DNA of 57,183 nt from Bryobacterales bacterium (GTDB lineage Bacteria > Acidobacteriota > Terriglobia > Bryobacterales > Bryobacteraceae), in assembly GCA_003166475.1 (NCBI GenBank), contig PMVV01000438.1, forward strand, positions 1 through 57,183, given 5' to 3'. The notes under the pieces were generated by a model. The model made no database searches. It was not told where the DNA came from and saw nothing but the letters and a program-made list of their open reading frames with translations. A program made the position numbers and the translations under genes. The first letter of the stretch is position 1, and every line of letters starts with the position of its first letter. Shown here piece after piece: positions 16,410 to 24,701 of this stretch.

Positions 16410-17849
16410 TCAGGAGATTGGAATCATGTCGATCACCGATTGGGTCAGCGTGGCGAGGGTGTTTATCATTTTGGCGACCGCCTGGTAGCCCGCCTGGAAC
16501 TGCAGGACATTGATGGCCTCGGCGTCGAGCGATACGCCCGACTCATTCTGGCGCATGCTTTGCGCCTGGGCCAGGGTCTGCGCGGTCATGGTCTGATTGC
16601 TCTGGGCCTGGTTCAATTGGGACCCGACCAGCGCAACGGTATTCCCGTAAAACGTGGAGTAACCGGTCGAGCCGAGACTTGCGGGGGTGGAGTTGGCCAG
16701 CGCCCCTAGCGCCAGTGGCACGCCGTTGGCGACGCCGTTCTGGTCGACGGGCGGCAACTGGCTGGCGGTCATATTTGGATTCGCCGCCATGGCGGACGCG
16801 GCTTGGGCGGGGTGGGCCGGATCCGGCGCCGTGAACAGAGCGAGGCCGGTGGGCGCCGCACCCGGCGAGACGGATCCCCGACTGACGATGCCGTTCACAT
16901 CGCCGGCTATTTGGGCCGCCAAAGTATTCAGAGCGCCAGGCTGGCTGGCATCGCCGATCAAGCCGGGTATGGTCACGTTGCGGACCTGCAGCAAGCCGGC
17001 CAAGGAGCCGGATGAAATCTGGCCGTTCACCACGGAACCGTCCGCAGCGTAGATGTCGATGTCGGGCGGGGCTTGGGGATCGGTGGATTCCGCCGGTGGG
17101 GGGGCATTTCCCGCGGTCAGCGCGTACTGCCGACCCTCCATGACCAGCGCCGCGCCGCTCGAGAGGGTGACGTCGACACTGCCATCGGGCTGCTGGAGGA
17201 CGTTGATGTTGACCAGTCCGGACAGGGTCTCGAGGGCGCTGTACACTTGGGCCTGCATCCCCTCGTCGTGCGCGCCGCCGTTCTGGATACTCGCGTTCAG
17301 CGTGGCGATCTGGCTGGTTGCCTGATTGATCTGGCCCACCGTGCTGCCGATCTCCTGGCTGACGGATTGGGATGCGCTGGACACGGCGGCGGCGGTGGTC
17401 TGGAAGCTCTGGGCCAGGGAACCGGCTGCCACCATCACGTCCTGCTGGGCGGTGCCGCTGGTGGGGGCGGCACTCCACGCCGATACCTCGCTAAAGAAGG
17501 TCGTCAGGGCGGCCGGGATACCCGCTCCGGCCGATACCGGTACGGCATTCTGGACGGCGGTCAGGGCGCTCGACTGGGCGCTGGCATCGCCCTGCGCGCC
17601 GGCCTGCTGCCACACATCGCTCTCGGCCAGCAGATCGCGGCTATCGACCAGCGGACCCGGAGAAACGCCGCCGCCCAGGCCCACGGCCGGGTCGAAGGGA
17701 TCGGCCTGGAGCGCCACGGTTTGTTTGGCGTAATCCGGCGTTGACGCGTTGTCGATATTATTCTGCGTGACGCTCAAGGCGTATTGGAACGATTGCAGGG
17801 CGCTGTCCGCTCCGAGCATGGTGGAATTCAGGGAACTCACGGAACTCAT
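16410..17849 (-). CDS. flgK: Flagellar hook-associated protein 1
   Basis: ATG 17849 lies inside ORF 16410..18119. The N-terminus LSVTQNNIDNASTPDYAKQ and the C-terminus DAEAINVLQFQAGYQAVAKMI are characteristic. Confidence 0.9.
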   Translation of the reverse strand: MSSVSSLNSTMLGADSALQSFQYALSVTQNNIDNASTPDYAKQTVALQADPFDPAVGLGGGVSPGPLVDSRDLLAESDVWQQAGAQGDASAQSSALTAVQNAVPVSAGAGIPAALTTFFSEVSAWSAAPTSGTAQQDVMVAAGSLAQSFQTTAAAVSSASQSVSQEIGSTVGQINQATSQIATLNASIQNGGAHDEGMQAQVYSALETLSGLVNINVLQQPDGSVDVTLSSGAALVMEGRQYALTAGNAPPPAESTDPQAPPDIDIYAADGSVVNGQISSGSLAGLLQVRNVTIPGLIGDASQPGALNTLAAQIAGDVNGIVSRGSVSPGAAPTGLALFTAPDPAHPAQAASAMAANPNMTASQLPPVDQNGVANGVPLALGALANSTPASLGSTGYSTFYGNTVALVGSQLNQAQSNQTMTAQTLAQAQSMRQNESGVSLDAEAINVLQFQAGYQAVAKMINTLATLTQSVIDMIPIS

Positions 17850-17854
17850 GACTT

Positions 17855-18220
17855 TTATCCTAAGAACGAGATGCGCCCGCGGATGTGGAGCGGCGCGGCG
17901 CTGCCGGAGGCCGTGTACTCGGGGGCCATGGCGCGCAGGCCCGCGAGCCAGCGGCGGCCCAGAAGCGCGCCTTGCTGGAGCAGGACGCCGGCCTGACGAA
18001 TCTCGCATGCCAGGGTGGCGGCCCGCGGGCGCAAGCCGCGGCTGACGGGCCCCGCCTGGGGGAGGCTGTCGCGCAACCACTCCAGATAACCCTGCGCCTC
18101 GCGAACCAGCGTGACGCATTCCTCCAGATTGCAGGCGCGCGGCCGCGCCAGCAGGGCGTGCACTGCGCGCACGCGCGACTCGGCAGCCGCCAGCAATCCC
18201 TGCAGATCGCGGTCCCGCAT
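17855..18220 (-). CDS. Hypothetical helical protein in the flgN position (possible FlgK/FlgL chaperone)
   Basis: In-frame ATG 18220 lies 5 nt after the flgM stop, and the ORF ends 5 nt before the flgK start. The call rests on position only; I recognise no motif. Confidence 0.45.
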   Translation of the reverse strand: MRDRDLQGLLAAAESRVRAVHALLARPRACNLEECVTLVREAQGYLEWLRDSLPQAGPVSRGLRPRAATLACEIRQAGVLLQQGALLGRRWLAGLRAMAPEYTASGSAAPLHIRGRISFLG

Positions 18221-18225
18221 GTTTT

Positions 18226-18510
18226 TCAGGACCTCGCCATGACGCTGGCGATCTGCTGCGCGTCCGGTTGGTAGCGGCCGGCGCGGTAGTCCTTGTTCAA
18301 TTGGCCGACACGTTGCGCCGACTGGCTCGCCAGGGCCTGCATGGTTTGCGAAATCCGTCCGGTGAGTCCGGAAAGATCCACGCGATCCCCGGCCGCGGCC
18401 GCGGCGGCGCCGGAGGTGGTGGCGGTGTCTACCTGAATGCGCTGGGATTCCGCCGCGCGGGTGGCGGTGGAGGAAACCTGATCGGTCGGGCTGTGTTCGT
18501 CGACTCGCAT
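18226..18510 (-). CDS. flgM: Anti-sigma-28 factor
   Basis: 94 aa. The C-terminus VGQLNKDYRAGRYQPDAQQIASVM is FlgM-like, and a perfect sigma-28 promoter lies upstream. Confidence 0.8.
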   Translation of the reverse strand: MRVDEHSPTDQVSSTATRAAESQRIQVDTATTSGAAAAAAGDRVDLSGLTGRISQTMQALASQSAQRVGQLNKDYRAGRYQPDAQQIASVMARS

Positions 18511-18540
18511 ATCGGGGGCCTGGGTTGCTCCTCGTTACCC

Positions 18541-18567
18541 TTATCGGCGCAAGTGCGGGTAACTTTA
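18541..18567 (-). promoter_or_regulatory. Sigma-28 promoter of the flgM operon (TAAA-N15-GCCGATAA, perfect)
   Basis: The reverse complement reads TAAAGTTACCCGCACTTGCGCCGATAA. It ends 30 nt upstream of the flgM ATG. Confidence 0.8.
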
Positions 18568-18711
18568 GGAAGTGGGCGCGCGAGCCCAAGGCCGGTTCCG
18601 CCGAAATCTCGCTAAGTGTCGATTCTTCCGCAACCTTCCGCCCTTCCGCGCGATATGAGAATCGTAGGCGGCGAAAGCCGCAGCCCCGGCAAGACGCCGG
18701 GAAATCTCAAG

Positions 18712-18723
18712 AATAAGGATTAT
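18712..18723 (+). promoter_or_regulatory. Candidate CsrA site overlapping the fliC-1 Shine-Dalgarno site (AATAAGGATTAT)
   Basis: A GGA triplet sits in the loop of an ATAA/TTAT mini-hairpin 4 nt before the ATG. The sequence is identical at the second flagellin gene. Confidence 0.5.
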
Positions 18724-18726
18724 CCA

Positions 18727-20151
18727 ATGATTTCCATTCAAACGAATCTCGATTCTTTAATCGCGCAGCAGAACCTGAACGTGAACAACCAGTTTCAAAG
18801 CAACACCATTCAGCAGTTGACCTCCGGCTACCGCATCAACTCCTCGGCCGACGACGCCGCCGGGTTGTCGGTGGCCAACAGCTACCGCAACCAGATCGCC
18901 GAGCTGAACCAGGGCGTGCTGAACGCCAACCAGGGCGTGAGCCAGTTGCAGATCATCGACGGCGGCCTGAGCAACGTCTCCCAGATGCTCGACCGTCTGC
19001 AGACGCTGGCCACCGAGTCGGCCTCGCAAACCTTCACCGGCAACCGCGCCACCCTGGAAAACGAGTACTCGGGGCTGTTATCGGAAATCGACCGGCAGGC
19101 GAACAATGTCGGCCTGGGCGATAACAACACGGCCAACGCCGTCAACCTCGGGGTGTATATCGGCGGCGGCCAGAGCTCCAACGCGAACTCCACGGTGACG
19201 GTAAACCTGGGCAGCCAGTCCGTGAGCGCCGCGGGTCTGGGACTGGCGGGCACCAGCGTGCTTACCACCGCCGCGGTGAAAGTAGGCACGGCGGCCGCCA
19301 CGGCCATCGCCGCGGGGAACAGCGATAGCTTTACGGTGAACACCGCGGCCGGATCGCGACTCATTACCGTCGCCGGCCAGACCGGCGATACCGTCCAGGG
19401 ACAGGTGAATGAGTTGAATGCCCAGCTCAACGTACTCGGCATCTCGGCCAGCCTCGACCAAAGCGGGGTTCTTCAATTCCAGTCGGGCAACGCTTTCTCG
19501 GTGAGCGCCATTGCCAACAACCAAAACACCAGCGGCGCCGGCGACCTGGTCGACATCACCGCCGACGCACAGGACAACCTGGGCTTAAACAACATGCAGT
19601 ACACCGCTGCGACGGCGGGCGACGTGCTCACCATCAACGTGGGCTCGAACAAAACGGCGGCGATCACCATCGCCGGCGCCACTACCCAGGACATGGCGAC
19701 GCAAATCAACCAGGCCCTCCAGACCGCCGGCATCACGGGCGTCTCCGCAGTGGTGGACGCCACCACCGGTACCACCATCGATCTCCAGGGCCCCAGTACG
19801 TTCACCAATACTTTCGTCAGCGGCGGCGGCACCCTGGGCGCGACCCCCACGACCGCTACGGCCGGGGGCGATCCGAATGCGGCCATCAACGCCATCGCCC
19901 AGGCGGTGCAAAGCCTGGGCTCGGTGCAAGGTATCGTCGGGGCGGGTGAGAACACCCTGAACTACGCCATCAACCTGGCGCAATCGCAGATCACCAGCTT
20001 CTCCTCGGCCCAGTCGCAGATCCGGGACTCCAACGTGGCTGCCGAAGCCGCCGACCTGACCAAGGCGCAAGTGTTGCAGCAGGCTTCCATCGCCGCCATG
20101 GCGCAGGCCAACCAGGAGCCGCAAGCCATCCTGGCGCTGCTGAAGCAATAA
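18727..20151 (+). CDS. fliC: Flagellin, copy 1
   Basis: ATG 18727 lies within ORF 18616..20151. It has MISIQTN...LTSGYRINSSADDAAGLSVAN and the conserved C-terminus. Confidence 0.95.
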   Translation: MISIQTNLDSLIAQQNLNVNNQFQSNTIQQLTSGYRINSSADDAAGLSVANSYRNQIAELNQGVLNANQGVSQLQIIDGGLSNVSQMLDRLQTLATESASQTFTGNRATLENEYSGLLSEIDRQANNVGLGDNNTANAVNLGVYIGGGQSSNANSTVTVNLGSQSVSAAGLGLAGTSVLTTAAVKVGTAAATAIAAGNSDSFTVNTAAGSRLITVAGQTGDTVQGQVNELNAQLNVLGISASLDQSGVLQFQSGNAFSVSAIANNQNTSGAGDLVDITADAQDNLGLNNMQYTAATAGDVLTINVGSNKTAAITIAGATTQDMATQINQALQTAGITGVSAVVDATTGTTIDLQGPSTFTNTFVSGGGTLGATPTTATAGGDPNAAINAIAQAVQSLGSVQGIVGAGENTLNYAINLAQSQITSFSSAQSQIRDSNVAAEAADLTKAQVLQQASIAAMAQANQEPQAILALLKQ

Positions 20152-20571
20152 GCGCGCCACAATGCTAAAGCGCGGGCCAGCCGGCTTCGTCCGGCCTGGC
20201 CTGAGTATTCCTTGAACGGCCTGGAACGAGGACGCAACCCGTCTGGCCGATGGGTTCCCGGATAGGCGCTCGGGAAGCCACTGCCACGGCCGGCGCAACC
20301 GCTCGCAAAACCTGCATACCTAACCCGCGCGAGGTGCACCTCGGTGGCGACCCGTCCAACGGCTTCAAGGCAACTTGACGGCCATGCGGGCCGCCGCAGG
20401 CAGCGACTCCCGTGGGGCCGACCCCTGTGCCCGCTCCGGCTGCGCAGGCGCATCGGCGCCGGCAACGGATGCATTCCGCTTCCCATCGGGCTGGCACGCG
20501 GCAAACCCGGCGCGCGGCGGTACGGGGCGGCAGTCGCGCGTCTGGCGAGCGTGTTTAGCCGCGCGCCGCGA

Positions 20572-21996
20572 TTACTGCTTCAGGAGCGCCAGGACCGCCT
20601 GCGGCTCCTGATTGGCCTGCGCCATGGCGGCGATGGAAGCCTGCTGCAGCACCTGCGCCTTGGTCAGATTGGCGGCTTCGGCGGCCACGTTGGCATCGCG
20701 GATCTGGGACTGGGCCGCGGAGAAGCTGGTGATCTGCGATTGCGCCAGATTGATGGCGTAGTTCAGGGTGTTCTCGCCCGCCCCGACGATGCCCTGCACC
20801 GTGCCCAAGCTCTGCACCGCCTGGGTGATGGCGTTGATGGCCGCATTCGGATCGCCCCCGGCGACAGCGGTCGTGGGGGCCGCGCCCAGGGCGCCGCCGC
20901 CGCTGACAAAGGTATTGGTGAAATCGCTGGGGCCCTGGAGATCGATGGTGGTACCGGTGGTGGCGTCCACCACCGCGGAGACGCCCGAGATGCCGGCGGC
21001 CTGGAGGGCCTGGTTGATTTGCGTCGCCATGTCCTGGGTGGTGGCGCCGGCGATGGCGATCGCCGCCGTTTTGTTCGAGCCCACGTTGATGGTGAGCACG
21101 TCGCCGGCCGTCGCACTGGTGTACTGCATGTTGTTTAAGCCCAGGTTGTCCTGTGCGTCGGCGGCGATGTCGACCAGATCGCCGACGCCGCTGGTGTTTT
21201 GGTTGTTAGCGATGGCGCTCACCGAGAAGGCGTCGCTCGACTGGAATTGGAGAATGCCACTCTGATCGAGGCTGGCCGAGACGCCCAGTACGTTGAGCTG
21301 GGCATTCAGTTCATTGACCTGTCCCTGGACGGTATCGCCGGTCTGTCCGGCGATGGTAATGAGGTGCGATCCCGCCGCGGTGTTCACTGTATAGGTATCG
21401 GTATTCCCCGCTTGGATGGCCGAGGCGGCCACCGTGCCTACTCTCACCGCGGCGGTGGTGAGCACGCTGGTGCCCGCCAGTCCCAGGCCGGTCGAACTGG
21501 CGGACTGGTTGCTCAAGTTCACCGCCACCGAAGAATTCGCGTCGGAGCTCTGGCCGCCGCCGATAAAAACCTGCAGGTCGGTGGCGTTGGCGGCGTTCTG
21601 ATCGCCGAGGCCGACATTGTTTGCCTGCCGGTCGATTTCGGTCAACAGCCCCTGGTATTCGTTGTTCAGCGTAGCGCGGTTGCCGGTGAAGGTTTGCGAG
21701 GCCGACTCGGTGGCCAGGGTTTGCAGACGGTCGAGCATCTGGGAGATGTTGCTCAGGCCGCCGTCGATGATCTGCAACTGGCTGACGCCCTGGTTGGCGT
21801 TCAGCACGCCCTGGTTCAGCTCGGCGATCTGGTTGCGGTAGCTGTTGGCCACCGACAACCCGGCGGCGTCGTCGGCCGAGGAGTTGATGCGGTAGCCGGA
21901 GGTCAACTGCTGAATGGTGTTGCTTTGAAACTGGTTGTTGACGTTGAGGTTCTGCTGCGCGAGCAAAGAATCGATATTCGTTTGAATGGAAATCAT
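20572..21996 (-). CDS. fliC: Flagellin, copy 2
   Basis: 474 aa. By my manual alignment it is about 90 percent identical to copy 1 (roughly 50 scattered substitutions). Confidence 0.95.
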   Translation of the reverse strand: MISIQTNIDSLLAQQNLNVNNQFQSNTIQQLTSGYRINSSADDAAGLSVANSYRNQIAELNQGVLNANQGVSQLQIIDGGLSNISQMLDRLQTLATESASQTFTGNRATLNNEYQGLLTEIDRQANNVGLGDQNAANATDLQVFIGGGQSSDANSSVAVNLSNQSASSTGLGLAGTSVLTTAAVRVGTVAASAIQAGNTDTYTVNTAAGSHLITIAGQTGDTVQGQVNELNAQLNVLGVSASLDQSGILQFQSSDAFSVSAIANNQNTSGVGDLVDIAADAQDNLGLNNMQYTSATAGDVLTINVGSNKTAAIAIAGATTQDMATQINQALQAAGISGVSAVVDATTGTTIDLQGPSDFTNTFVSGGGALGAAPTTAVAGGDPNAAINAITQAVQSLGTVQGIVGAGENTLNYAINLAQSQITSFSAAQSQIRDANVAAEAANLTKAQVLQQASIAAMAQANQEPQAVLALLKQ

Positions 21997-21999
21997 TGG

Positions 22000-22011
22000 A
22001 TAATCCTTATT
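22000..22011 (-). promoter_or_regulatory. Candidate CsrA site overlapping the fliC-2 Shine-Dalgarno site
   Basis: The reverse complement reads AATAAGGATTAT, identical to the site at 18712. Confidence 0.5.
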
Positions 22012-22066
22012 TTCGAGACTTACCGGCGTCTTGCCGGGGGGGCGGCTCTAGCTGCCGCCGGTTTTT

Positions 22067-22094
22067 ATATCGGCGGAATGGCAATTTCTACTTA
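22067..22094 (-). promoter_or_regulatory. Sigma-28 promoter of fliC-2 (TAAG-N16-GCCGATAT)
   Basis: The reverse complement reads TAAGTAGAAATTGCCATTCCGCCGATAT. Confidence 0.7.
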
Positions 22095-22139
22095 GGGACA
22101 CATGCGTAGAACCGGAGTCCCGGACCGCGCGCCCGCTCC

Positions 22140-22166
22140 TAAAGTTAATGGCCCTTGCGCCGATAA
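22140..22166 (+). promoter_or_regulatory. Sigma-28 promoter of the fliD operon (TAAA-N15-GCCGATAA, perfect)
   Basis: TAAAGTTAATGGCCCTTGCGCCGATAA. It is very similar to the flgM promoter, including flanking bases. Confidence 0.8.
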
Positions 22167-22242
22167 GGTAACCGGGAGCCACAGAGGTCCCGGACCGGGC
22201 CCTCCCCGGCCTGGATGCGCCTTTTCGGGAAAGAGAGGAATC

Positions 22243-23631
22243 ATGAGTAGCGCCGCTTCTTCGCTCAGCAGCAGTACTACCGGGACAAACTATTTCACCG
22301 GCATGAGCACTTTTTCGTCGTCGCTGAACAGCGAGATCTCGCAGGAAGTGCAGATCGCCGCGCTGCCCTACCAACTGCTCGAAGACGACGTTGCCAACAT
22401 GACCAGCCAGTCCAACGAACTCGAAACGCTGGACGGCGACGTCGCGGCGGTGCAGACCGCCGTCTCCGGTCTGAGCTCGGCGGCCGGCAGCATGCTTTCG
22501 GCGAGCGTGTCGAACGGCTCGGTGGCTACCGCCACGGTGGGCAGCGGCGCCATCGCGGGCAGCTATACGCTGGCAGTCACCAACCTGGGATCTTACAGCG
22601 ACGCCCTCAGCAACGCGGACCTGCCCACGGTGACGGATCCGGCTTCGCAGAACATCAGCTCGAGCGGCAGCTATACGCTCACCGTGGGCACCACCACCAC
22701 TTCCCTCTCCTACTCGGGGGGAAACCTCAACGGGCTGGCGCAGGCCATCAACGACGCCGGTGCGGGGGTCCAAGCCACGGTGGTTGACGTGGGCAGCAAT
22801 TCCGCGCCGAGCTACGTCCTCTCGCTGCAGAGCGGTCAACTGGGTCCGGTGCTCATGCAATTGTACGACGGGAGCCAGGATCTGCTGACCGCCAGCGGCG
22901 ACCCGGGTGTGCTGGCGCAGTACAGCGTTAACGGACAGTCCATCCAAAGCGATTCGGACACGGTAACTCTGGCGCCCGGTCTTACGGTCCAGTTGACGGG
23001 CACCGATAGCGGCGCTTCGACCACCGTTACCGTGGCGGCGGATCCTTCCGGCATCGGCAACGCCTTGCAGTCCATCGTCACCGCATACAACGCCGCCATG
23101 ACCGAGCTCGGCAACAACCGCGGGCAAGCCACCGGCGCGCTGGGTGGCCAGAGCATCGTTTACCAGCTCACCGACGCCTTGCAAGGACTCGCCAATTACT
23201 CCACCGGAGACGGCGCCGTCAACTCCCTGGCCACCCTGGGAGTGACCTTTAACGACACCACGGGACAGTTGTCCTTCGATCAGAGCGCATTCGATTCCGC
23301 CACCAGCGGACAGACCGGCGCGCTGACGCAGTTTCTGGGCTCGGGGGCCGGCGGCGGGTTTCTGGAGGCGGCCACCAATACCCTGACCGGCCTGGTAGAT
23401 CCCACCACCGGCGTGCTCACCAACGAAATCGGCACCGTGGGAGCGAGCATCGCCAGCACCAATACGCAGATCGCCGGCGAACAGGCGCAGGTGAGCCAAC
23501 TGCAGACCAATCTCACGCAGCAGATGGCGGCGGCGGATGCCATGATCTACCAACTGCAGCAGCAGGCCACCCAGATGCAAGGTATTTTCACGGCCGAGCA
23601 GGACGCCGAGATCGAGAGCGCCAGCGTATGA
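22243..23631 (+). CDS. fliD: Flagellar filament cap protein
   Basis: ATG 22243 follows a GAGAGGAA site. The sequence has FliD-type N-terminal and C-terminal helices (...QIAGEQAQVSQLQTNLTQQMAAADAMIYQLQQQ). Confidence 0.85.
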   Translation: MSSAASSLSSSTTGTNYFTGMSTFSSSLNSEISQEVQIAALPYQLLEDDVANMTSQSNELETLDGDVAAVQTAVSGLSSAAGSMLSASVSNGSVATATVGSGAIAGSYTLAVTNLGSYSDALSNADLPTVTDPASQNISSSGSYTLTVGTTTTSLSYSGGNLNGLAQAINDAGAGVQATVVDVGSNSAPSYVLSLQSGQLGPVLMQLYDGSQDLLTASGDPGVLAQYSVNGQSIQSDSDTVTLAPGLTVQLTGTDSGASTTVTVAADPSGIGNALQSIVTAYNAAMTELGNNRGQATGALGGQSIVYQLTDALQGLANYSTGDGAVNSLATLGVTFNDTTGQLSFDQSAFDSATSGQTGALTQFLGSGAGGGFLEAATNTLTGLVDPTTGVLTNEIGTVGASIASTNTQIAGEQAQVSQLQTNLTQQMAAADAMIYQLQQQATQMQGIFTAEQDAEIESASV

Positions 23632-23945
23632 AATCCGGCGAAACGGAACTGGACGTCCTGGCGGGCCGTCTGCGGGCGCGGGTTGCCGAAGGGCGCTACG
23701 GGGAGGCGCAACTCCCTCTCCAGGAGTACTGCCGGGTGCTGCGGAAAACGGCGGGCGGGCTGCCTTCCGGCGATCCCGGCCTCGGCCGGTTGGAAGACGA
23801 TTGGCGGCGGCTGCTGGAGGAGACGCGGCGGCGGGTGCTGGCGGGACGGGCGCATGCCTTCGTACGGCTGGCGCGGCTGCCCAAGGTTCTCCCGCTCTAC
23901 CGTGAGCCTTGCCCGCCACGCCACACCTGGGAGTATTCGGGCTAA
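23628..23945 (+). CDS. Hypothetical helical protein translationally coupled to fliD
   Basis: An ATGA start/stop overlap links it to fliD. It is 105 aa with no recognised family, and it occupies the slot where fliS/fliT often sit. Confidence 0.5.
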   Translation: MKSGETELDVLAGRLRARVAEGRYGEAQLPLQEYCRVLRKTAGGLPSGDPGLGRLEDDWRRLLEETRRRVLAGRAHAFVRLARLPKVLPLYREPCPPRHTWEYSG

Positions 23946-23982
23946 GCGGGTTTGGCACTGCTATTGCTCTTAAGGCCGGCGT

Positions 23983-24462
23983 ATGGTTACGATTCAAACT
24001 CCCCCACAGCGCTGCGACACCCGGTACTTCGGACCGGTGGACTACGACGAGCAATCCGTGATGCTATTCCCGGATGGCATCCCCGCTTTCGAGCAGGAGC
24101 AGCGCTTTTTGGCACTACGCCAGCCGATCAACGAACCGCTGGTTTTCCTGCAGAGCTTGGCGAACCCGAACCTCTGCTTCGCGACGCTGCCGGCGCTGTC
24201 GGCCTGCCCCGGTTACCAACTGAGCATGGCGCCGGAGGACCTGGATGCGCTGGGGCTCGAAGCGGGCCGGCAACCGGCGATCGGCCACGATGTGCTATGC
24301 CTGGCGATCCTTTCATTGGAAGAGAATGCGCCCCCTACGGTCAATCTGCTGGCGCCCATCGTGGTGAATCTCCACACGCTGTGCGGCCGGCAGGCGATCC
24401 AAACGGATTCTCCCTACTCCCATCGGGAGGTGTTGCCGCTGCGCGAGGCCGCATGCTCGTAA
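23983..24462 (+). CDS. fliW: Flagellar assembly factor FliW
   Basis: FPDGIPAFEQEQRFLAL...FLQS...TVNLLAPIVVN...GRQ pattern. It lies directly upstream of csrA. Confidence 0.85.
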   Translation: MVTIQTPPQRCDTRYFGPVDYDEQSVMLFPDGIPAFEQEQRFLALRQPINEPLVFLQSLANPNLCFATLPALSACPGYQLSMAPEDLDALGLEAGRQPAIGHDVLCLAILSLEENAPPTVNLLAPIVVNLHTLCGRQAIQTDSPYSHREVLPLREAACS

Positions 24463-24701
24463 TGCGGCGGCGGGCCGGGGAGTCGATTTTGATTGGCGAA
24501 GATATAGAGATCCAGATCATCCATATTGGAGAGTCCCGCATCAAGATCGGGATTACCGCGCCCAAGTCGGTGCCAGTCAGCATGAAAGAGGTCAAGCTGG
24601 TCGGACAGGAGAACCTGGCGGCGGCCCAACTGCGGTCGGTGGCCGCGCTGCGCCACCTGTTGGACCGGCTGATCGAGGGTACCGCGGGCGGCGAAAAATG
24701 A
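24453..24701 (+). CDS. csrA: Carbon storage regulator CsrA (long C-terminal form)
   Basis: MLVMRRRAGESILIGEDIEIQIIHIGESRIKIGITAPKSVPV. It overlaps the end of fliW by 10 nt. Confidence 0.9.
   Translation: MLVMRRRAGESILIGEDIEIQIIHIGESRIKIGITAPKSVPVSMKEVKLVGQENLAAAQLRSVAALRHLLDRLIEGTAGGEK

Larger units (their letters stand above)
18684..22040. repeat. Large inverted repeat: two about 1.47-kb arms (flagellin gene plus about 45 nt of leader) around a 420-bp spacer
   Basis: The arms are 18684-20151 and 20572-22040. Both encoded proteins are 474 aa and align without gaps. Confidence 0.9.

Noticed and set aside
17855-18589. 244-aa ORF fusing the flgN-position gene with sequence antisense or out-of-frame to flgM.
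   Set aside because: The upstream 123 codons overlap flgM in another frame. The internal ATG 18220 sits 5 nt after the flgM stop and gives a compact operon.
20152-20571. ORFs in and around the flagellin spacer (20165..20497 minus strand, 20344..21138 plus strand, 20375..20611 plus strand).
   Set aside because: Their composition is noise-like, and the 264-aa one is mostly antisense to fliC-2. I found no RBS or motif. The spacer is left unassigned.
22048-24054. 668-aa minus-strand ORF across fliD and the following gene.
   Set aside because: It is antisense to fliD, whose identity is clear. Its composition is shadow-like.
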